From Haliotis rufescens (Eukaryota), in contig NW_025963824.1 in NCBI RefSeq assembly GCF_023055435.1, positions 22,134,001-22,198,000 of the forward strand: a stretch of DNA of 64,000 bases, read 5' to 3'. Positions 24,849 to 36,800 of this stretch are shown in pieces (within the stretch, counting starts at the first letter, position 1; each line of letters opens with the position of its first letter). Below the pieces are notes generated by a model. It worked only from the letters and a program-made list of their open reading frames with translations, ran no database searches and was not told where the DNA came from. Position numbers and translations under genes: made by a program.

Positions 24849-27800
24849 CTGCAAAACAAGACAGCAAAGATGTCAAGTAAGATTAGTTGCCAGCAACTGT
24901 AGGGATGAAGTATTCAAAACAAATAAGAAACAGAGATCCACTTGTTGCACAACAAGGGGTACTGTTGTCCTGAGGGCCGATCTCATACATTTGTTTGGGT
25001 GTGGGCTATTACCATTATTACTTGTGAGTGACCCCCATCTCAGTTGTCTCCCCATTGGTCACACTATGTTAACATCACTGATTAACTGTTGATGTCACAC
25101 AATGTTAACATCACTGAATGACTGATGATGTCACACAATGTGAATATCACTGAAAAATGTTTGTTTGATGTTTATCGCTGCACTCAGCAATATTCCAGCC
25201 ACATGATGGTGATCTGTAAATAATGGAGTCTGGAGCAGACAATCCAGTGATTGACATCATGAACATCTATCTATGCAATTGGGGTAAGATGATCAAGTCA
25301 GCAAGTCCAACCACCCTAATGGGTTGCTGATGATCAATTCTAACCTGGATTTTCACCGGTACACAGAATAACTGTTATCACACACACTGGAGATGTAACT
25401 GATATCACACATTGGAGATGTAACTGATATCACACACTGGAGATATATAGAATACTAAACGAGCTCCCATGTAATACCAATTTTATGAAACGAGTGAGTA
25501 GTTGTGGTATGTGACGAGCAAAAGTGAGTCAGATACCACAACTATTTACGAGTTTCATAAAATTGGTTTTACACGGGAGCGAGTTTAGTATTATATTTAT
25601 TACTTGCCATTTATAACGTTTTTAGAATTATACTGTTGAGTATGAATAGGCTGACACCTACACGATCCACGGCATAGTCAATTTGAGTTTAACAGAATAA
25701 TACTTCAAACACGTCAAAAGTTGAAATGTATGAATTAAATACCATACAACGGTCCTACTTTAGAATTCAGGCAGCCGTTCAACAAAATTATCGTAGGGCT
25801 AAGTAAGTGAGTGAGTGAGTGAGTATGGTTTTACGCCGCTTTTAGCAATATTCCAGCAATATCACGGCGGGGGACACCAGAAATGAGCTTCGTAGGGCTA
25901 AGACTATTGCAACTCACATACTTTAACTTAGACTAACGATTGTCGTTGTGCTACAATACGATCGCCTTGTGGAACAGGCCTTGTACCTCAAAGTTTACAA
26001 TCACATCACAATACTCGATGACGTAAATTGTGGAATTTTGTTGCACGATCCATCGGCGAAACAATGCCATGTGACATCAGCCTAGCAACAAGGTTGCTGG
26101 GGTCATAGAGTGTGCATAAGCTCCTCTCAGTGATATCAACTCCACACACAATGTTGTTGAATAAGCCAAGGGATGTTGAGAGCTTTCAATATTTGTTTGT
26201 GAAACGTGTTTCGAGAGTAAATAAGCACGCGTTTTGGTATTACACAATGTGTAATACAGCTGTATGTTTATTAAACTGGTGATCTCTTCAAGGGCAAGTA
26301 ATAAATAACTGATATCACACACTGGAGAAATAATTGATATCACAAACTGGAGATATAACTGATATCACACACTGGAGATGTAACTGATATCACATGCTGG
26401 TGATACAACTGAATAACTGATGATGTCAAACAATGATCACATCACACAACTGCGACATTAATGAACATTTTGACATTGCCATACACATTTGACATGTTTG
26501 TTTCAATTGGAATCTTGGCATATTTTGACAATGACTAACTGGCCGGTGCTACTCACAGGCATCATAGTTGGTCTTCAACTTGTCTATGACCCGAAACCTG
26601 GGGTCAGGGAACTCAAAGGTTAGACCAAACCGAAGTAGGGTGTTGTTCGCCAGGATCAGCTTCAACAGGTTCATCTCCACCTGGTTGCCAAGCAGCTCAG
26701 GTTTCTGGGGAAAAAAGGAGTAGATTCAAGAAAGGATCCTGATATTTAAGGTATGCTGCTCTTTAGTGTTCCTTTGTGAGATGTGTAATGACTGTCCACA
26801 CCCACATCACCTACTGTCTCCACCCTCATCACCTACAGTCCCCAGCCCCATCACTTACTGTCCCCTCCCCTCATCTCCACTCACCTGGTTGGCGACTCTC
26901 AACTCTGTGACGACCTGGTTGGTGTTGATTGCCCGCATCAGCCCCACCAAACACTCCCCGCTGATGTAGTTGGATTCCACATTCACTGTCCGCAGTGTTT
27001 TGTTCTCGGACAGTGCTTCTGCTAATTTCTGGGAACAAAATTTCAGAAATTTATCAATTTCAACAATTACAACAATTCCAGGTTAAGAGATAAGGGCTGG
27101 AAGAACACTGACATTACTTGAGAAAAAAGCACTGTGTCATTGGTCTTCCCCTTCAGTAGCATTAGGGGATGAATGGGGAACTGGTTACAATTCATCATAA
27201 ACCTTCAGAGACAACAACACAGCTACCATTACTCACGTACCTTCAGAGAGACAATAACTCGGCTACCATTACTCATGTACCTTCAGAGACAATAACCCGG
27301 CTACCATTAATCATGTACCTTCACAGAGACAATAACTCGGCTACCATTACTCATGTACCTTCAGAGACAATAACCCGGCTACCATTACTCATGTACCTTC
27401 AGAGACAATAACCCGGCTACCATTAATCATGTACCTTCACCGAGACAATAACTCGGCTACCATTAATCATGTACCTTCAGAGACAATAACCCTGATACCA
27501 TTACTCATGTACCTTCACAGAGACAATAACCCTGATACCATTAATCATGTACCTTCACAGAGACAATAACTCGGCTACCATTACTCATGTACCTTCAGAG
27601 ACAATAACCCGGCTACCATTAATCATGTACCTTCACCGAGACAATAACTCGGCTACCATTAATCATGTACCATCAGAGAAAATAACCTGGCTACCATTAA
27701 TCATGTACCTTCAGAGACAATAACCTGGCTACCATTAATCATGTACCATCAGAGACAATAACCTGGCTACCATTAATCATGTACCTTCAGAGACAATAAC

Positions 27801-30800
27801 CCTGATACCATTACTCATGTACCATCAGATACAATAACCCAGCTACCATTAATCATGTACCTTCAGAGAAAATAACCCTAATACCATTAATCATGTACCA
27901 TCAGAGACAATAACCCTGATACCATTACTCATGTACCTTCAGAGACAATAACCCGGCTACCATTATTCATGTACCTTCAGAGACAATAACCCTGATACCA
28001 TTAATCATGTACCTTCACAGAGACAATAACCCTGATACCATTAATCATGTACCTTCAGAGACAATAACCCTGATACCATTAATCATGTACCTTCACAGAG
28101 ACAATAACCCGGCTACCATTATTCATGTACCTTCAGAGACAATAACCCTGATACCATTAATCATGTACCTTCAGAGACAATAACCCTGATACCATTAATC
28201 ATGTACCTTCAGAGACAATAACTCGGCTACCATTACTCATGTACCTTCAGAGACAATAACCCGGCTACCATTAATCATGTACCTTCAGAGACAATAACCC
28301 TGATACCATTACTCATGTACCTTCAGAGACAATAACTCGGCTACCATTAATCATGTACCTTCAGAGACAATAACCCTGATACCATTAATCATGTACCATC
28401 AGAGACAATAACCCGGCTACCATTACTCATGTACCTTCAGAGACAATAACCCTGATACAATTAATCATGTACCTTCAGAGACAATAACCCGGCTACCATT
28501 ACTCATGTACCGTCAGAGACAATAACTCGGCTACCATTAATCATGTACCATCAGAGACAATAACTCGGCTACCATTAATCATGTACCGTCAGAGACAATA
28601 ACTCGGCTACCATTAATCATGTACATTCAGAGACAATAACTCGGCTACCATTAATCATGTACATTCAGAGACAATAACTCGGCTACCATTAATCATGTAC
28701 CGTCAGAGACAATAACCCGGCTACCATTAATCATGTACCTTCACCGAGACAATAACTCGGCTACCATTAATCATGTACCATCAGAGAAAATAACCTGGCT
28801 ACCATTAATCATGTACCTTCAGAGACAATAACCTGGCTACCATTAATCATGTACCATCAGAGACAATAACCTGGCTACCATTAATCATGTACCTTCAGAG
28901 ACAATAACCCTGATACCATTACTCATGTACCATCAGATACAATAACCCAGCTACCATTAATCATGTACCTTCAGAGAAAATAACCCTAATACCATTAATC
29001 ATGTACCATCAGAGACAATAACCCTGATACCATTACTCATGTACCTTCAGAGACAATAACCCGGCTACCATTATTCATGTACCTTCAGAGACAATAACCC
29101 TGATACCATTAATCATGTACCTTCACAGAGACAATAACCCTGATACCATTAATCATGTACCTTCAGAGACAATAACCCTGATACCATTAATCATGTACCT
29201 TCACAGAGACAATAACCCGGCTACCATTATTCATGTACCTTCAGAGACAATAACCCTGATACCATTAATCATGTACCTTCAGAGACAATAACTCGGCTAC
29301 CATTACTCATGTACCTTCAGAGACAATAACCCGGCTACCATTAATCATGTACCTTCAGAGACAATAACCCTGATACCATTACTCATGTACCTTCAGAGAC
29401 AATAACTCGGCTACCATTAATCATGTACCTTCAGAGACAATAACCCTGATACCATTAATCATGTACCATCAGAGACAATAACCCGGCTACCATTACTCAT
29501 GTACCTTCAGAGACAATAACCCTGATACAATTAATCATGTACCTTCAGAGACAATAACCCTGCTACCATTAATCATGTACCGTCAGAGACAATAACTCGG
29601 CTACCATTAATCATGTACCTTCACAGAGACAATAACTCGGCTACCATTAATCATGTACCATCAGAGACAATAACTCGGCTACCATTACTCATGTACCGTC
29701 AGAGACAATAACTCGGCTACCATTAATCATGTACCGTCAGAGACAATAACCCGGCTACCATTAATCATGTACCGTCAGAGACAATAACTCGGCTACCATT
29801 AATCATGTACCGTCAGAGACAATAACTCGGCTACCATTAATCATGTACCGTCAGAGACAATAACTCGGCTACCATTAATCATGTACCGTCAGAGACAATA
29901 ACTCGGCTACCATTAATCATGTACCGTCAGAGACAATAACTCGGCTACTATTTGAACCTGTGGTGAGGGGGGTATACCTTGGCTACTTTGTCGGTGGCTG
30001 CCACACCTGCCATCTCGAAGATCTTCAGTGTATTGTTTGTTTTCAGGGCCTCGCATACATTAAGTAACTGCTCGATGGAGAGATTCTGGAACAAAGTTAC
30101 ACACGCGACTATTGATTTGTTTCAGTTTCAACACTCCTGGCTCTCCATGAACATCCTAATCAAACCCTCAAAACACGTATACAATAGTTGTTATAACAGC
30201 CACACAAAGTCTTCATGACACTTCTTAAATAGTTCTTAAGACTATTTTATCATAGTTCTTAAAATGATTGTGTCATTATTTCCTTTAAGCTAATAGTAAA
30301 CAGTTCCAAAAAACAGAGCAGACTAATTCACAGGTAGGGCCACACAAACCAGTTTTGTATAATACACACTGAACATGGACTGTCCAGCTGATCTCACCTT
30401 GATATTATTGAGGTTAAGGTGTATAAGCTTGGCATCATTGCTCTTCAGCTGCTCTATGCTCTTCTCAATGTCGGTGTCATTCAAGGGCTCGTCCGGGACG
30501 GCCTTGAACTGCTGGGCTCGAGCATGACCTGCATCCAATGCACTTGTATTAAACACGGACTGAGAAACAATGACCAGAACAACCGGGGAGCATAGTCTTG
30601 CACAGGAAGACCCCCACTCACACAGACTGTCCTCCAAACAGAGAGATTTGAAACAAAACTAAGAGACATTACCATTTTTATTCATGTGGACTTGACTTTG
30701 CTCCTAAATTATGGTTCCATTGAAAGAGCAACCAAGAGCAAGAGTCCAGTGAAGACAATAGCAGTCTCTGAGACCTGTTAAAACTTTAATCTAGTCCTTT

Positions 30801-33800
30801 TGCTTCAATATTAGCTAATGTGATAAAGTGTGTATGGCTTAATTAGGAGAAAAACTTACTCGGTTTCTAAATTTGATGTAGTCCCAGTGTCGGGGGTCAA
30901 AAGGATAATGGATACCTCTGTTTAACCAATCAGAATTACGGATTCTTCAATATCATAGTAGAATGCTGGTTAATGTGTAACTATATGACGGCAGCCTGTT
31001 CATAATCAATATTTACCAGACAAACCAGTGACTGATACTATGAACAAACATTTCCCCATTGCCGGGTACAATGACATGCAATGAACCAAAGCAGTGAGTC
31101 AACTGCTTCATTGAACTGCTTGTACAAGCACAGGTTGGTAGGGATTCTGCCGTATGATGAGTCTATGTGAAGCGATTGAGTGTACGAGGGTAACCTACCT
31201 GTGAAGCCGCCCTCACTGATCTTTTCGTCCTGCAAGGAGGCGTAGTACTGAGTCTGGGTCAGCATACTGTGGAAGCCCAGAACAGCTGCAACACATGGAG
31301 TACACATGTAGGAAACGCAATAACTCTGGACACTGAAACATATTGATCTGTAGAGCAGTGTGTCGACACAAACACAACACACGGAGACGTAGGAAGGGAG
31401 GTAACTCTGCACACTGAAACATACTGATCTGTAGAGCAGTGTGTCGACACAAACACAACACACGGAGACATAGGAAGGGAGGTAACTCTGGACACTGATA
31501 CATATTGATCTGTAGTGCATTGCGTCGACAAAACACACTGAGACATAGGAAGGGAGGTAACTCTGGACACTGATACATATTGATCTGTAGTGCATTGCGT
31601 CGACAAGACACACGGAGACATAGGAAGGGAGGTAACTCTGGACACTGATACATATTGATCTGTAGTGCATTGCGTCGACAAAACACACGGAGACATAGGA
31701 AGGGAGGTAACTCTGGACACTGATACATATTGATCTGTAGTGCATTGTGTCGACATAGGAAGGGAGGTAACTCTGGACACTAATACATATTGATCTGTAG
31801 TGCAGTGTGTCCACAGAAAGAATACATGGAGATCTAGGAAGGGAGGTAACTCTGGACACTGATACATACTGATCTGTAGTGCAGTGTGTCCACAGAAAGA
31901 ATACATGGAGGTCTAAGAAGGGAGGTAACTCTGGACACTGATACATACTGATCTGTAGAGCAGTGTGTCGACCCACAAACACAACACATGGATATATAGG
32001 AAGGAAGGTAACTCAGTTTGTTTGTTTGTTTAACGCTGCACTCAAAAATATTTCAGCTATATGACAGCGGTCTGTTAATAATAAAGTCTGGACCAGCCAA
32101 ACCTGTGATTGAGCATCGATCTACGCAATTGTGATCAATGACATGCATCAACCAAGTCAGCGAGCCTGACCACTAGATCCCGGTAGTCGCCTCTTACGAC
32201 AAGCATAGTCGCCTTTTATGGCAAGTATGGGTTGCTGAAGACCTATTCTACTCCGGGATCTTCACGGGTCGAAGGTAACTCTATACACTGATACATACTG
32301 ATCTGTAGTGCAGTGTGTCGACAACACATGGACACCTACCGTAAGGGAGATAACTTCTACTACAAGGCAAGTGCCACATGCAAAATATGGTGGGCGTGTA
32401 CTACGTGGTTAAGTATGGTTGGAGCGTACCACATAGTAGTTATGGCGAGAGTGAACTCCGTGGGAGCGTAGGGTGGGAGCGTACCACATGGAAGTTATGG
32501 TGAGAGTGTACTACGTGGGTAAGTATGGTGAGAGTGTACTACGTGGCTAAGTATGGTGGGAGCATACCACGTGGAAGGTATGGTGAGAGTGTTCTACGTG
32601 GGTAAGTATGGTGAGAGTGTACTATGTGGGTAAGTATGGTGAGAGTGTACCACATGGAAGGTATGGTGAGAGTGTACTACGTGGGTAAGTATGGTGAGAG
32701 TGTACTAAGTGGGTAAGTATGGCGAGAGTGTACTATGTGGGTAAGTATGGCGAGAGTGTACTACGTGAGTAAGTATGGCGAGAGTGTACTACGTGGGTAA
32801 GTATGGCGAGACGGTACTACGTGGGTAAGTATGGCAAGAGTGTACTATGTGGGTAATTATGACGAGAGTGTTCTACGTGGGTAAGTATGGTGAGAGTGTA
32901 CTACGTGGGTAAGTATGGTGGGAGCGTACCACGTGGAAGGTATGGTGAGAGTGTACTACGTGGGTAAGTATGGCGAGAGTGTACTACGTGGGTAATTATG
33001 ACGAGAGTGTACTACGTGGGTAATTATGACGAGAGTGTTCTACGTGGGTAAGTATGGTGAGAGTGTACTAAGTGGGTAAGTATGGCGAGAGTGTACTAAG
33101 TGGGTAAGTATGGTGAGAGTGTACTACGTGGGTAAGTATGGCGAGAGTGTACTACGTGGGTAATTATGACGAGAGTGTACTATGTGGGGAAGTATGGTGA
33201 GAGTGTACTATGTGGGTAAGTATGGTGAGAGTGTACCACATGGAAGGTATGGTGAGAGTGTACGACGTGGAAGGTATGGTGAGAGTGTACTACGTGGGTA
33301 AGTATGGTGGGAGCATACCACGTGGAAGTTATGGTCAGAGTGTAGTAGGGGGGTAAGTATGGTGAGAGTGTATCACATGGAAGGTATGGTGAGAGTGTTC
33401 TACGTGGGTAAGTATGGTGAGAGTGTACTACGTGGGTAAGTATGGTGAGAGTGTACCACCTGGAAGGTATGGTGAGAGTGTACTAAGTGGGTAAGTATGG
33501 CGAGAGTGTACTACGTGGGTAAGTATGGCGAGAGTGTACTACGTGGGTAAGTATGGCAAGAGTGTACTATGTGGGTAAGTATGGTGAGAGTGTACTACGT
33601 GGGTAAGTATGGCGAGAGTGTACTACGTGGGTAAGTATGGCGAGAGTGTACTATGTGGGTAAGTATGGCGAGACGGTACTTCGTGGGTAAGTATGGCAAG
33701 AGTGTACTATGTGGGTAAGTATGGTGAGAGTGTACTACGTGGGTAAGTATGGTGAGACGGTACTACGTGGGTAAGTATGGTGAGAGTGTTCTACGTGGGT

Positions 33801-36800
33801 AAGTATGGTGAAAGTGAACTACGTGGGTAAGTATGGCGAGAGTGTACTACGTGGGTAAGTATGGTGAAAGTGTACTATGTGGGTAAGTATGGTGAGAGTG
33901 TACCACCTGGAAGGTATGGTGAGAGTGTACTACGTGGGTAAGTATGGCGAGAGTGTACTACGTGGGTAAGTATGGCGAGAGTGTACTACGTGGGTAAGTA
34001 TGGCGAGACGGTACTACGTGGGTAAGTATGGCAAGAGTGTACTATGTGGGTAAGTATGGTGAGAATGTACAAAGTGGGTAAGTATGGCGAGACGGTACTA
34101 CGTGGGTAAGTATGGCGAGAGTGTACTTCCAGGGTAAGTATGGAGAGAGTGTACAAAGTGGGTAAGTATGGTGATAGTGTACTATGTGGGTAAGTATGGT
34201 GGGAGTGTACCACATGGAAGGTATGGTGAGTGAGTGAGTGAGTATGGTTTTACGCCGCTTTTAGCAATATTCCAGCAATATCACGGCGGGGGACACCAGA
34301 AATGGGCTTCACACATTGTACCCATGTCGGGAATCGAACCCGAGTCTTCGGCGTGACGAGCGAACGCTTTAATCACTAGGCTACCCGACAGCCCTGAAGG
34401 TATGGTGAGAGTGTACTACGTGGGTAAGTACGGTGAGAGTGTACTACGTGGGTAAGTATGGTGGGAGTGTACCACATGGAAGGTATGGTGAGAGTGTACA
34501 ACATGGGTAAGTATGGTGAGAGTGTACTACGTGGGTAAGTATGGCGAGAGTGTACTATGTGGGTAAGTATGGTGAGACGGTACTACGTGGGTAAGTATGG
34601 TGAGAGTGTTCTACGTGGGTAAGTATGGTGAAAGTGAACTACGTGGGTAAGTATGGCGAGAGTGTACTACGTGGGTAAGTATGGTGAAAGTGTACTATGT
34701 GGGTAAGTATGGTGAGAGTGTACCACCTGGAAGGTATGGTGAGAGTGTACTACGTGGGTAAGTATGGCGAGAGTGTACTACGTGGGTAAGTATGGCGAGA
34801 GTGTACTACGTGGGTAAGTATGGCGAGACGGTACTACGTGGGTAAGTATGGCAAGAGTGTACTATGTGGGTAAGTATGGTGAGAATGTACAAAGTGGGTA
34901 AGTATGGCGAGACGGTACTACGTGGGTAAGTATGGCGAGAGTGTACTTCCAGGGTAAGTATGGAGAGAGTGTACAAAGTGGGTAAGTATGGTGATAGTGT
35001 ACTATGTGGGTAAGTATGGTGGGAGTGTACCACATGGAAGGTATGGTGAGTGAGTGAGTGAGTATGGTTTTACGCCGCTTTTAGCAATATTCCAGCAATA
35101 TCACGGCGGGGGACACCAGAAATGGGCTTCACACATTGTACCCATGTCGGGAATCGAACCCGAGTCTTCGGCGTGACGAGCGAACGCTTTAATCACTAGG
35201 CTACCCGACAGCCCTGAAGGTATGGTGAGAGTGTACTACGTGGGTAAGTACGGTGAGAGTGTACTACGTGGGTAAGTATGGTGGGAGTGTACCACATGGA
35301 AGGTATGGTGAGAGTGTACAACATGGGTAAGTATGGTGAGAGTGTACTACGTGGGTAAGTATGGTGGGAGTGTACCACATGGACGGTATTGTGAGAGTGT
35401 ACTACGTGGGTAAGTATGGTGAGAGTGTACTACATGGGTAAGTATGGTGAGAGTGTACTACGTGGGTAAGTATGGTGGGAGTGTACCACATGGAAGGTAT
35501 TGTGAGAGTGTACTACGTGGGTAAGTATGGTGAGAGTGTACCACATGGAAGGTATGGTGAGAGTGTACTACGTGGGTAAGTATGGTGAGAGTGTACTACG
35601 TGGGTAAGTATGGTAAGAGTGTACTACGTGGGTAAGTATGGTGAGAGTGTACCACATGGAAGGTATGGTGAGAGTGTACTACGTGGGTAAGTATGGTGAG
35701 AGTGTACTACGTGGGTAAGTATGGTAAGAGTGTACTACGTGGGTAAGTATGGTGAGAGTGTACCACATGGAAGGTATGGTGAGAGTGTACTACGTGGGTA
35801 AGTATGGTGGGAGTGTACCACATGGAAGGTATGGTAAGAGTGTACTACGTGGGTAAGTATTGTGGGAGTGTACCACATGGAAGGTATTGTTAGAGTGTAC
35901 TACGTGGGTAAGTATGGTGGGAGTGTACTACGTGGGTAAGTATTGTGGGAGTGTACCACATGGAAGGTATGGTGAGAGTGTACTACGTGGGTAAGTATGG
36001 TGGGAGTGTATCACATGGAAGGTATGGTGAGAGTGTACTACGTGGGTAAGTATGGTGAGAGTGTATCACATGGAAGGTATGGTGAGAGTGTACCACATGG
36101 AAGGTATGGTGAGAGTGTTCTACGTGGGTAAGTATGGTGAGAGTGTACTACGTGGGTAAGTATGGTGAGAGTGTATCACATGGAAGGTATGGTGAGAGTG
36201 TACCACATGGAAGGTATGGTGAGAATGTACTACGTGGGTAAGTATGGGGAGAGTGTACCACATGGAAGGTATGGTGAGAGTGTACCACATGGAAGGTATG
36301 GTGAGAATGTACTACGTGGGTAAGTATGGGGAGAGTGTACCACATGGAAGGTATGGTGAGAGTGTACTACGTGGGTAAGTATGGTGAGAGTGTACTACGT
36401 GGGTAAGTATGGGGAGAGTGTACCACATGGAAGGTATGGTGAGAGTGTACTACGTGGGTAAGTATGGTGGGAGTGTATCACATGGAAGGTATTGTGAGAG
36501 TGTACTACGTGGGTAAGTATGGTGAGAGTGTACTACGTGGGTAAGTATGGTGAGAGTGTATCACATGGAAGGTATGGTGAGAGTGTACCACATGGAAGGT
36601 ATGGTGAGAGTGTACCACATGGAAGGTATGGTGAGAGTGTACCACATGGAAGGTATGGGGAGAGTGTACCACATGGAAGGTATGGTGAGAGTGTACCACA
36701 TGGAAGGTATGGTGAGAGTGTACCACATGGAAGGTATGGGGAGAGTGTACCACATGGAAGGTATGGTGAGAATGTACTACGTGGGTAAGTATGGTGAGAG

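Noticed and set aside
31038-31982. 314/215/171-aa ORFs
   Set aside because: Translations of the 75-bp array; only 31199-31285 is a real exon.
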